In this document: piece after piece, positions 1 to 8,555 of the stretch
Numbering within the stretch: the first letter of the stretch is position 1
How the letters are laid out: every line of letters begins with the position of its first letter
From: an uncultured Oscillospiraceae bacterium
GTDB taxonomy: Bacteria > Bacillota > Clostridia > Oscillospirales > Oscillospiraceae
Length of the DNA stretch: 64,000 nt
Assembly (NCBI GenBank): GCA_947630375.1
Contig: CANRHH010000008.1
Coordinates: forward strand, 8,745 to 72,744
Reading direction: 5' to 3'
Made by a program: the position numbers and the translations under genes
Notes under the pieces: model-generated
What the model saw: only the letters and a program-made list of their open reading frames with translations
The model's database searches: none
Told to the model about the DNA's origin: nothing

Positions 1-2
1 TG

Positions 3-572
3 GTGCGGGCCTTTATCGAAAAACCCCGCTGGGGCCGGGTGGTGACGGATCTGGTGAACACCGGCATCTATATCCTCTCCCCCCGGGCCTTGGAGCCGGT
101 GCCCCCGGGGCGGCCCTTTGACTTCGCCAAGGACCTGTTTCCCCTGCTGCTGGAGCGGGGGGAGCTGCTGCTGGGGGTACCCATGGAGGGCTACTGGTGC
201 GACGTGGGCACGCCGCTGTCCTATTACAAATGCTGCGCCGACGCCTTGGAGGGCCGGCTGAAGCTGCACCCGGGGCCGGCGTTCCGGCCTGCCCCGCCTG
301 AGGCGGAGCCGGAGCCGGAGGAGGCCACCGTGTCTCTGGACTGCGCCTGCCGCAGCCGGGCCGGACTCATGGGGGCCCTGTCCCAGGCCATGCTGGATTT
401 AGGCGCGGACTACTCCGACGGCATCCGCCTCCGGGGCCGCCGCTACGAGCTGCATATCGCCCCGCTCTCCCGCCGCTCCGCCATCCGCATCGCCGTCTCC
501 TCCCAGGATGCGGAGTTTGCCCGGGAGCTGGCCCTCTCGGCCAAGGAGCTGGCGGAGGCGCTGGACCTGTAA
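3..572 (+). CDS. C-terminal part of a sugar-phosphate nucleotidyltransferase-like protein; the 5' end lies outside the window
   Basis: The ORF is open to the window edge. The GYWCDVGTPLSYY segment is typical of NTP-transferase family proteins. The C-terminal tail is of unclear domain type. Confidence 0.55.
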   Translation: MRAFIEKPRWGRVVTDLVNTGIYILSPRALEPVPPGRPFDFAKDLFPLLLERGELLLGVPMEGYWCDVGTPLSYYKCCADALEGRLKLHPGPAFRPAPPEAEPEPEEATVSLDCACRSRAGLMGALSQAMLDLGADYSDGIRLRGRRYELHIAPLSRRSAIRIAVSSQDAEFARELALSAKELAEALDL

Positions 573-661
573 GCTCTTGCCAAAGCCCGGAGACATGGAG
601 TATAATGTCTGTCAGAAAACCGGTGTTTCCCGGGAAAAAAATACAGGCGAGGTGCTGCGAG

Positions 662-1009
662 ATGGTCAGACGCGAAAACGAGAGAACGGTAGATATCAAG
701 AATATGTTTGGCGGGCCGGGGCTTGCCAGGCTGGTGCGCATCCGGGAGGACCCGGAGGAGCTCTACGGCAAGGGCCGGGTGTTCAGCCACCTGTTTTTGG
801 AGCCCGGCTGCGGCGTGGGTTACCATGTCCACCAGGGGGACGGCGAGGTGTATTACATCCTCAAGGGCCAGGGGGAGTATGACGACAACGGCCAGACCGT
901 GACCGTGGGCCCCGGAGACGTGACCTTTGTGGAGGCGGGCGAGGGGCACGCCCTGCTGAACACCGGCAGCGAGACCCTGGAGGCCATCGCCCTGGTGCTC
1001 TACAAATAA
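662..1009 (+). CDS. Cupin domain protein
   Basis: Cupin motifs are present (GYHVHQGDGEVYYILKG ... GDVTFVEAGEGHALLNTG). I chose the internal ATG at 662, which follows GAGGTG, over the longer ORF starting at 605. Confidence 0.75.
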   Translation: MVRRENERTVDIKNMFGGPGLARLVRIREDPEELYGKGRVFSHLFLEPGCGVGYHVHQGDGEVYYILKGQGEYDDNGQTVTVGPGDVTFVEAGEGHALLNTGSETLEAIALVLYK

Positions 1010-1020
1010 ACTGATATCCG

Positions 1021-1059
1021 AAAGGCAGCCCCTCCGGCGAAGCCGGAGGGGCTGCCTTT
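1021..1059. terminator. Bidirectional rho-independent terminator between the convergent cupin and lipoprotein genes
   Basis: AAAGGCAGCCCCTCCGGC-GAAG-GCCGGAGGGGCTGCCTTT is a perfect long stem flanked by an A-run and a T-run. Confidence 0.85.
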
Positions 1060-1075
1060 CTACTATTTGGTTCGT

Positions 1076-3217
1076 TCAGCCGTATTTCTCCGCCATGTAG
1101 ATGGCGGCCCGGCTCTGGGAGGCGGCCGCCGCCTCCTGGGCCGTGACCTGCCCGGCGTAGAAGCGCTGGGCCTCCTCCCGGAGGATGGACAGCAGCTCCG
1201 GGTGTTCGCCCGCCACGGCGTGGGTGTTCTCCAGCAGGGCGCGGAACTGCTCCACGTCTGAGGCCGTCACATCCTCCGCGAACTGTACCTTGCCGCCGGA
1301 GAGAAGCGTTAGCTGCTGCTCCAGGGTGGCATTGAGGGTGGAGATCTGGGTCTGGGAGGCCCCCAAGGGGGAGGACAGGCAGTAGTCGATAAAGTCCCAG
1401 GCCCCGTCCTTATGTTCGCTGCCGGAGGAGACAGCTAATACTGTGGACAGGCTGAAAAGGCTGCCCATGGCGTTGACATAGCGGTAGTCGTCCCCGAAAA
1501 AGCTCCGGCCGTAATTGGCGCTGAATAAAGAATCGGTGTTCAGATAGCGGTACACCAGGGCGGCGCTGTCCGGGGCGTAGCTCTTCTGAAAGGCGGCGCA
1601 GGACTCCAAGAGGTTAACATAATCCTGACTGTCAAAGTCGCAGGTCCCGTTTTGCTCGTCCAGGTGGGTCCCCATGTAGACGGTGGCCAGCCAGTCAAAG
1701 AGGCTGTCCCGGGTAAAGCCGCTGGGGAACAGATCCAGCCAGCCGGTATAGCTGCTCTCGGGGAAGACCCGGGCCTCCTCGGTCTGGACCTGGGGCAGGG
1801 CATAGGAGGCGGAGAAGGGGGCGTTGGGGTCCGGCTGGAGGGCAGTGTTCTGGACAAACAGGGCCAGGATGAAGCCCAGGGGGATGGAGTACATCTCCTC
1901 CCCCGGGTTCACCGCTTCTATGAGGGAGGGGAGAAAGTCCGCCTTGCTCCGGCCGGAGGCGGCCATGTAAGGGCTTAGCTCCTCAAAGACCGTGCTGTCT
2001 GTCCAGCCCATAAAACCGTCCCCGTCGAAGGCGTACAGGTCCGGCCCCCGGCCGGCGGCCAGCTCCGTGGAGGCCTCCTGCTGGTCGATATTCTTGTAGC
2101 GGACCAGATAGGGCGCGTCGCTGATGTTGTAGCGCATGATATAGGAACTCGCCAGGTTATAATCCGCGCCGTTTATCCACATGTCGAGGGCTGTTTTCTC
2201 CGGCAGAGGCCCATATTGGAGGCAGACCAGCTCTTTGCCATAGCCGGGGAACAGATAGCCCCCGGACCAGGGGAGGACAGCGGAGCCCACATAGCCATTT
2301 TTCATCCCCGCCTCATAGAAGCTGAACAGGGTCTCCCCTAAACCGTTGGAGGGCGCCGCCTTGCAGAGCCGGTCGCCGTAAAGGTTCAGGAGCAGCTCCC
2401 CCTCCGGCGTATAGCCTATGGCGACAAGGTCCAGACCATCCTCGTAGTCCCCGGTGTGGCAGCGGAAGATCAGTTCCGGCTCCGCATCGGCGGAGGCCAG
2501 GCGCCGGACCTGCATCCAGTTCTCCTGCCCTTCATACGAATAGCACTGCACCATCAGGCCCTGGGGTCCGGCGATCATGCAGCCGCAGTTGCCGAAGTCG
2601 GAGAAGGTCCGCCGGATCTGCAGGCTGCTGTCCAGCTGAAAGAGCAGGTCGTCTCCGGCCAGGAACAGGCAGCCGTCATACCAGGCGGCGCTGCGGAGGA
2701 TGAAATTGGCGATGCCGCCGTCCACCTCCGTTTTGCCCACGCGGCCGATCTCCTCTAAGGCGGGGGTCAGGTCCTGCCGGGAGAGAAGCTGCCCTTCCCC
2801 GTCATAGAGCAGCAGCTCCCGGGGGCAGGGCTCGTCAGCGTTGTGCTCCATGATCCAGTCATACTCGCTCGGCCCGCCCAGGACTCCCATGCCCCCGCCG
2901 GAGGTGGGGAAAATGTCGCTCAACTCCTCCAGGTCCTCCGGGACCGGATAGGGAGTGAAACGCTCCCCGTCATACCGGCCTACGGTGTAGCTCCCGTCCG
3001 GGCCGATGCCGGCCAGGTAGATATAGTTTCCATCGGCGCATTGGCCCACGGTGTCCACGATGCCATCGGGCAGGGGGAGAAAGTGGATGGACCAGCCCTG
3101 TTTTCCCTCCGCCGCCAGCGGAGTCCCCTCCGGCGAACCGGAAGCGTCCTTTTTGCCGCAGGCGCACAGGGAAAGCGCCAGGGCAAGACAAAGCAAAAGA
3201 GCAAGCGCACGTTTCAT
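1076..3217 (-). CDS. Large lipoprotein with an unknown N-terminal domain and a solute-binding-protein-like C-terminal half
   Basis: It has a signal peptide with a lipobox (LALALSLCAC-G). The 713-aa ORF has normal composition. The C-terminal half looks like an extracellular solute-binding protein. It is a paralog of the next gene. Confidence 0.7.
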   Translation of the reverse strand: MKRALALLLCLALALSLCACGKKDASGSPEGTPLAAEGKQGWSIHFLPLPDGIVDTVGQCADGNYIYLAGIGPDGSYTVGRYDGERFTPYPVPEDLEELSDIFPTSGGGMGVLGGPSEYDWIMEHNADEPCPRELLLYDGEGQLLSRQDLTPALEEIGRVGKTEVDGGIANFILRSAAWYDGCLFLAGDDLLFQLDSSLQIRRTFSDFGNCGCMIAGPQGLMVQCYSYEGQENWMQVRRLASADAEPELIFRCHTGDYEDGLDLVAIGYTPEGELLLNLYGDRLCKAAPSNGLGETLFSFYEAGMKNGYVGSAVLPWSGGYLFPGYGKELVCLQYGPLPEKTALDMWINGADYNLASSYIMRYNISDAPYLVRYKNIDQQEASTELAAGRGPDLYAFDGDGFMGWTDSTVFEELSPYMAASGRSKADFLPSLIEAVNPGEEMYSIPLGFILALFVQNTALQPDPNAPFSASYALPQVQTEEARVFPESSYTGWLDLFPSGFTRDSLFDWLATVYMGTHLDEQNGTCDFDSQDYVNLLESCAAFQKSYAPDSAALVYRYLNTDSLFSANYGRSFFGDDYRYVNAMGSLFSLSTVLAVSSGSEHKDGAWDFIDYCLSSPLGASQTQISTLNATLEQQLTLLSGGKVQFAEDVTASDVEQFRALLENTHAVAGEHPELLSILREEAQRFYAGQVTAQEAAAASQSRAAIYMAEKYG

Positions 3218-3281
3218 TGGGAGAACCTCCGTTTTTCATTCGTACCGGCGGGCTGCCCTGTCGGTACGAAGTTATGTTAAC

Positions 3282-5399
3282 TTAAGAATATTGTTCTGCC
3301 AAATAGATCTTGGCCCGGCTCTGGATGGCCGCGGCGGCTTCCTCCAGAGGACGGCCGGAGGCAAAGGCTTTCTCCGCCTCCTCGGTGATGATGTCGCTGA
3401 TCACGTCGCCCCGGACCCAGCCCTTAGCCTGGGCCACGGCCTCCTTCAGCCGGTCCGCGTCCTCCTGGGTGAAGGTGGTGTAGGAGTCCGGCCCCATGAG
3501 CTTGGCGGTGTACCGGTCGAAAGCCTCCACGGTCACCGGGAAGGAGAAACCGGTGATGCTCTCGGCCTGGACCCGCACATCCAGCAGGGTCCGCAGAAAG
3601 GCCCAGGCCCCGTCCTTGTGCTGGCTGGCGGCCAGGATGCTGAAGCCGCCCAGGCCCCGGATCAGGTGCACACAGCCCTCCCGGCCGGGCAGGCCCGCAT
3701 AGAAGTAGTCCTGGCCGAACTGCTGCCGCAGGTAATTGGGCAGGCCGCCGTGGACGGTGGTCGCCTGGAGGGCGGCGCTGTCGGCGTTGGCCATCTGGTC
3801 GTCGGTATAGCTGTTCCAGATCTCCAGCCATTTGGCAAAGCTGGGATCGTCAAAAAAGCAGGTGGCGTTTTCCCGGTCCACATACTCCACGCTGGCCAGG
3901 TACAGCACGATGTCCGCCAGGCTGGAGCGGGAGTAGCCGTCAAAGAGGGTGACGCCCTCGGGCAGGGTATCCCGCAGGGCCAGGAGGGAATCCACCGTCC
4001 AGCTCTTGGCCTCCTCCGCGAGGGAGACGGGGGCCTCGATGGTATAGAGCTGGAAACCCGGATCCAGCTGGTACAGATGCCCGCCCTCCAGGGCGCTGTC
4101 CAGCAGGCCGGGGAGGAAGGCGTCCCGGTTGTAGACCGGGTCCGCGTCGATGTAGGGCAGCAGGTCCGCACACAGGCCGCTGTCCAGCCCGAAGCGGGTA
4201 AACGAACTCTCCTTATCCACCGTGCTGCCCAGGCAGAGCAGATCCGGCCCCTTGCCGGAGATCAGCTCGGTGCGGAAGGCCTCCATATCCTCGGGCATGA
4301 TCCGCCGTTCACGGACCACATAGTCCTCGCTGCTCTGGTTGAAGATGGAGATGGCCTTGTCCACGTAAATGCCCACGGCGCCCGCGCCCACGGCCAGCTC
4401 CAGCTTCTGCCGGGCCGGACCCCGGTAAGAGCTCAGGCGGAGGATCTCCGTCTCACAGGTCAGGTAGATCTCCCCGGCCGCGGTGAGGTGGACGCTGCTC
4501 AGCCAGAAGGAGTCCACGCCGGCCTCCAGCCAGTTGATGACTTCTGTCCGCTCCCCGGTGGCCGGGTCCAGGGTCCAGAGCCCGTCGGAGCTGGCCACGC
4601 AGACCGCCTCCTCGCTGGCGCAGGACTCCACATAATAGGGGCTGAAATCAGGCAGCTCCACCGGAGAGGACAGCGCGCCCTCGCCGTCCATCTCCCAGAG
4701 GGTGACGCCCTTGCCGCTCTCGCTCTCGGTATAGGCAAAGACCCGGTCCCCGGCGGTGGCGTAAACGGAGAGCAGGCCCTGGTCCGCGCCGGGGACGGTG
4801 CCCAGAGGCTCCCCCTGGAGGGAATAGAGGTGGTCAGACAGGAGGAGCTTGTCCCCTAAGAGCGTGCAGCTGTCGAACCAGAAGGACTCGGCCCCCTCTA
4901 AGACCACGCTGCCGTTGAAAGCGTCAGAGGCGTCCCAGCTGTAGAGGGTGCCGACGGTGCCCTGTTCGGTGTAGGTGCTGGTCAGCAGATAGGCGCCGCT
5001 GCCGTTCACGGCCAGCCCCGCTAAGTTCTGCCCTATGACGCCGGTCTCTTCCTCCGGCTGGGCCTCCGGGATCTCCAGCGCCTGCCAGTCGGAGCCGCTC
5101 AGGTCAGAGACGTAGAGGCTGGGGCCGGCGTCGCTGCAGTAGGCGGCGTAGAGCCTGTCCCCGGCCAGGACCATCGCGGCCACGTCGTTTTCCGGCTCGG
5201 GGGCGGGGATGGACTCCACTTTCCAGCGTGTCTCCAGACCGTCTGCGGAGACCTCCTCCGGCGCCGCCGTCTCGCTGCCGGCGGCCGGGGGATCCGTTTG
5301 CGCCGGCGGGGCGCTCTGTTTCCCGCAGCCCGTCAGGCTCACGACGAAGGCCGCCAGCAGCAGAAAGGCCAGCAGCCGCAGATAGGGGTTGTTTTTCAT
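3282..5399 (-). CDS. Large lipoprotein, paralog of 1076..3217
   Basis: It has a lipobox (VVSLTGC-G). The length and architecture match its neighbour, and the two share the C-terminal end motif AAAAIQSRAKIYLAEQY versus AAAASQSRAAIYMAEKY. Confidence 0.7.
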   Translation of the reverse strand: MKNNPYLRLLAFLLLAAFVVSLTGCGKQSAPPAQTDPPAAGSETAAPEEVSADGLETRWKVESIPAPEPENDVAAMVLAGDRLYAAYCSDAGPSLYVSDLSGSDWQALEIPEAQPEEETGVIGQNLAGLAVNGSGAYLLTSTYTEQGTVGTLYSWDASDAFNGSVVLEGAESFWFDSCTLLGDKLLLSDHLYSLQGEPLGTVPGADQGLLSVYATAGDRVFAYTESESGKGVTLWEMDGEGALSSPVELPDFSPYYVESCASEEAVCVASSDGLWTLDPATGERTEVINWLEAGVDSFWLSSVHLTAAGEIYLTCETEILRLSSYRGPARQKLELAVGAGAVGIYVDKAISIFNQSSEDYVVRERRIMPEDMEAFRTELISGKGPDLLCLGSTVDKESSFTRFGLDSGLCADLLPYIDADPVYNRDAFLPGLLDSALEGGHLYQLDPGFQLYTIEAPVSLAEEAKSWTVDSLLALRDTLPEGVTLFDGYSRSSLADIVLYLASVEYVDRENATCFFDDPSFAKWLEIWNSYTDDQMANADSAALQATTVHGGLPNYLRQQFGQDYFYAGLPGREGCVHLIRGLGGFSILAASQHKDGAWAFLRTLLDVRVQAESITGFSFPVTVEAFDRYTAKLMGPDSYTTFTQEDADRLKEAVAQAKGWVRGDVISDIITEEAEKAFASGRPLEEAAAAIQSRAKIYLAEQYS

Positions 5400-5478
5400 G
5401 GTGTGTACCCTCCATAAAATGATTTGTGCCTTGCTTTGATGCGCGTTTTGCTCTTTGCGCTCCTATCATACAACGCAC

Positions 5479-5522
5479 TTGTATCGTTTCGGTCAATTTT
5501 TTGTATCGTTTTTGTATCGTTT
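5479..5522. repeat. Three direct copies of TTGTATCGTTT upstream of the lipoprotein operon
   Basis: Copies start at 5479, 5501 and 5512, a spacing of 22 and 11 nt that keeps them in helical phase. They lie in the divergent intergenic region. Confidence 0.6.
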
Positions 5523-5567
5523 CTTAAGATTTTCTAAAATTTTCATCCGGGACGGTTTCTCCGCCGC

Positions 5568-5596
5568 TTGACAGAAAACCGGGGCGGGTGTATACT
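5568..5596 (+). promoter_or_regulatory. Sigma-A-type promoter of the thrS leader
   Basis: TTGACA, a 17-nt spacer, then TATACT. Confidence 0.7.
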
Positions 5597-5599
5597 ACG

Positions 5600-5830
5600 C
5601 TCAAATTGGCTGTGAAGGAGACCACGCCGCCGGACCCCACCCAGAGAGGGGCGCGCTTGCTGGAAGCGCCCTGTGGAAGAGGCGGGCCGTGACCGCTCCG
5701 GAGCCGGGGGGCCGAAAAGCCGTAAGCCTCCCCGCACGGCGCCCGTTAAGCGCCTGAAAAGTGAGAAATCAAGGTGGAACCGCGCCTTTGAAGCGCCCTT
5801 GGCCGTCGCCGGGGGCGCGTATTTTTTGCA
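5600..5830 (+). promoter_or_regulatory. T-box leader (tRNA-sensing riboswitch) controlling thrS
   Basis: The conserved T-box sequence AATCAAGGTGGAACCGCGCC (5767..5786) is followed by the terminator GCGCCC...GGGCGC plus TATTTTTT (5793..5827). An AGAGA-type element sits in the upstream stem region. It lies directly 5' of a tRNA synthetase gene. Confidence 0.85.
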
Positions 5831-5842
5831 TGGAGGAGAAAA

Positions 5843-7594
5843 ATGGACGAGAAAAAATACACCTTTGAGAACAAGGAGTACCGGGACACCTACCGGCACA
5901 CCACCAGTCACATCCTGGCCCAGGCCGTCAAGCGCCTGTACCCGGAGGTCAAGCTGGCCATCGGCCCGGCCATCGAGAACGGCTTCTATTATGACTTTGA
6001 CGCGCCTTTCCCCATCACCCCGGAGATCTTGGAGGCTCTGGAGGCGGAGATGCGGAAGATCTGCAAGGAGAAGCTGAAGTTAGAGCGCTTCGAGCTGCCC
6101 CGGGAAGAGGCCGTGAAGTTCATGGAGGAGCGGGAGGAGCCCTACAAGGTGGAGCTCATCCACGATCTGCCCGAGGACGCGGTCATCAGCTTCTACCGGC
6201 AGGGGGAGTTTACCGACCTGTGCGCCGGCCCCCATCTGGATTCCACCGGCCGGGTCAAGGGCAACGCCCTCAAGCTCACCTCCTGCACCGGCGCCTACTG
6301 GCGGGGGGATTCCAACCGGAAGATGCTCCAGCGGGTCTACGGCACCTGCTTTTTGAAGAAGGAAGAGCTGGACGCGTACCTGGCCCGGATCGAGGAGGCC
6401 AAGAAGCGGGACCACCGGAAGCTGGGCAAAGAGCTGGGCCTGTTCATGCTGGCCGACGAGGGGCCGGGCTTCCCCTTCTTCCTGCCCAAGGGCATGGTCC
6501 TGCGCAACACCCTGCTGGACTACTGGCGCGAGACCCACAAGAAATACGGCTATGTGGAGATCTCCACCCCCATCATCCTCAACCAGGAGCTCTGGCACCG
6601 CAGCGGTCACTGGGACCACTATAAGAACAATATGTACACCACCGTCATCGACGGAGAGGATTACGCCATCAAGCCCATGAACTGCCCCGGCGGGATGCTG
6701 GTGTACAAGTCCGAGCCCCATTCCTACCGGGATCTGCCCATGCGGGTGGCGGAGCTGGGCCTGGTCCACCGGCATGAGCTGTCTGGCGCGCTGCATGGCC
6801 TGTTCCGGGTCCGCTGCTTCACCCAGGACGACGCCCACATTTTCATGACCCCCGCCCAGATGAAGGACGAGATCAAGGGCGTGGTAAAGATCTTTGACGA
6901 GATCTACTCCACCTTTGGCCTGAGCTACCAGATAGAGCTGTCCACCATGCCGGAGGACCATATGGGGGATGAGGAAGTCTGGCACATGGCGGAAGATACC
7001 CTACAGGCTGCCATCACCGAGATGGGCAAGGACTTTGTTATCAACGCCGGGGACGGGGCTTTCTACGGCCCGAAGCTGGACTTCCATCTGGCCGACTCCC
7101 TGGGGCGCACCTGGCAGTGCGGCACCATCCAGCTGGACTTCCAGATGCCCGAGCGCTTCGAGCTGGAGTACGTGGGGGAGGACGGGCAGAAGCACCGGCC
7201 CGTCATGATCCACCGGGCGCTGCTGGGCTCCATCGAGCGCTTTATCGGCGTCATCACCGAGCACTTTGCCGGGGCCTTCCCCCTGTGGCTGTCCCCCGTG
7301 CAGGTGAAGATCCTGCCCGTCACCGACCGGGCCGCCGCCTATGCCGACCAGATCAGCCAGGCGCTGGACGCGGCCGGCTTCCGGGTGGAGACCGATCACC
7401 GCAGCGAGAAGCTGGGCTATAAGATCCGGGAGGCCCAGGGCCAGAAGGTCCCCTACATGGTGGTGGTCGGCGACAAGGACATGGAAAACGGCACCGTCTC
7501 CATCCGGGCCCGCAGCGGCAAGGACCTGGGCGCCATGAGTCTGGACGCCTTCAAGGCCCTGCTGCGGGAAGAAGTGGACAGCAAAGCCCTGTGA
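5843..7594 (+). CDS. thrS: Threonyl-tRNA synthetase (short form without an N-terminal TGS domain)
   Basis: Class II aaRS motifs, the HTTSHILAQAV editing-domain start and a C-terminal anticodon-binding domain are present. The protein is 583 aa. Confidence 0.97.
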   Translation: MDEKKYTFENKEYRDTYRHTTSHILAQAVKRLYPEVKLAIGPAIENGFYYDFDAPFPITPEILEALEAEMRKICKEKLKLERFELPREEAVKFMEEREEPYKVELIHDLPEDAVISFYRQGEFTDLCAGPHLDSTGRVKGNALKLTSCTGAYWRGDSNRKMLQRVYGTCFLKKEELDAYLARIEEAKKRDHRKLGKELGLFMLADEGPGFPFFLPKGMVLRNTLLDYWRETHKKYGYVEISTPIILNQELWHRSGHWDHYKNNMYTTVIDGEDYAIKPMNCPGGMLVYKSEPHSYRDLPMRVAELGLVHRHELSGALHGLFRVRCFTQDDAHIFMTPAQMKDEIKGVVKIFDEIYSTFGLSYQIELSTMPEDHMGDEEVWHMAEDTLQAAITEMGKDFVINAGDGAFYGPKLDFHLADSLGRTWQCGTIQLDFQMPERFELEYVGEDGQKHRPVMIHRALLGSIERFIGVITEHFAGAFPLWLSPVQVKILPVTDRAAAYADQISQALDAAGFRVETDHRSEKLGYKIREAQGQKVPYMVVVGDKDMENGTVSIRARSGKDLGAMSLDAFKALLREEVDSKAL

Positions 7595-7663
7595 AGCGAG
7601 GCCCTTCGTCTATATAAACCCCGTTTCACCGGTTTTTGTTTCAACAAAAACGAAAAAATTTTT

Positions 7664-7696
7664 CAGAGGACGCACAGTTTCGTGCGTCCTCTGTTT
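7664..7696 (+). terminator. thrS terminator
   Basis: CAGAGGACGCAC-AGTTTC-GTGCGTCCTCTG followed by TTT. Confidence 0.8.
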
Positions 7697-7788
7697 GCAG
7701 CTTGATTATTTTTCATTTGGCCCTTGAAAAATGCTTCTAAAATGTGTATTATTTATAAAGGATTTTTGTATGCAAAAGCAGGCTGCTT

Positions 7789-8538
7789 ATGGAAAGAATC
7801 AGTTCGAGACAAAACCCGTATATCCGCCAGCTGCGCGCTCTGGCCGCCGGCGGGGCGGCCCGCCGGGAGCAGGGGGAGTACCTCTGCGACGGGCGCAAAA
7901 TGCTGCGGGACGCGCTGGAGGCCGGGGCGGAGATCGTCTCCGTCCTCTGGAAGGAGCAGGCGGAGCCGGTGCCCGGCCTGGAGGGCGCGCGGCAGCTGGA
8001 GGCGGAGGCGGGGCTGTTTGACTATGCCTCGCCGCTGAAAAACAGCCCGGGCCCGCTGTTTACCGTGAAGATCCCGCCGGAGGACCGGCAGACGCCCCTT
8101 TCAAATGCGCTGATCCTGGAAAACGTGCAGGACCCGGGCAACGTGGGCACCGTCCTGCGCACCGCCAACGCCTTCGGCCTGGGGGCCGTGGTGCTGACGG
8201 GGGACTGCGCGGATCTGTACCAGCCCAAAACCGTCCGGGCCAGCATGGGGGCCATTTTCCGCCAGCGGGTGCTCCGGCTGGAGCGGCCGGAGCTGAAAGC
8301 ACTGCTGGCGCGAAACGGCCTGCCCCTGTACGGGGCGGCCCTGTCCCCCCTGGCGGTGGATCTGCGCCGGGTGGAGCTGAAGCGGGCGGCGGTGGCCGTG
8401 GGCAGCGAGGGCCGGGGCCTGAGTCCGGCGCTGCTCGCGCTGTGTGAAAAGGAGATCATCATCCCCATGGCGCCGGAGAGCGAATCGCTCAACGCGGCGG
8501 TGGCCGCGGCGCTGATCATGTGGGAGATGGCCAGATAA
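7789..8538 (+). CDS. TrmH/SpoU family RNA 2'-O-methyltransferase
   Basis: SpoU motifs are present: NVQDPGNVGTVLRTANAFG, GSEGRGLS and SLNAAVAAALIMWE. Confidence 0.85.
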   Translation: MERISSRQNPYIRQLRALAAGGAARREQGEYLCDGRKMLRDALEAGAEIVSVLWKEQAEPVPGLEGARQLEAEAGLFDYASPLKNSPGPLFTVKIPPEDRQTPLSNALILENVQDPGNVGTVLRTANAFGLGAVVLTGDCADLYQPKTVRASMGAIFRQRVLRLERPELKALLARNGLPLYGAALSPLAVDLRRVELKRAAVAVGSEGRGLSPALLALCEKEIIIPMAPESESLNAAVAAALIMWEMAR

Positions 8539-8555
8539 AGAAGAGGTGAAAAGCC

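Noticed and set aside
605-661. A 19-codon N-terminal extension of the cupin ORF, plus similar 5' extensions of rnc (14215), the aminopeptidase (49719), the TetR gene (52726), mgtE (56327), the integrase (60207) and the cI-like gene (61861).
   Set aside because: In each case an internal ATG with a much better Shine-Dalgarno sequence and a family-typical N-terminus exists. The extensions overlap upstream genes, promoters or terminators.
3051-4859. A 602-aa plus-strand ORF lies opposite the lipoprotein gene. Similar long antisense ORFs occur at 10559..11575, 16460..17368, 17429..18376, 21877..23610, 26089..27387, 39493..40698, 49842..50930 and 53389..55284.
   Set aside because: All lie antisense to genes with clear family signatures. 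Their translations are dominated by Arg, Gly, Pro, Ala, Leu, His and Gln. They lack ribosome binding sites. These are typical stop-codon-poor shadow frames of GC-rich DNA.
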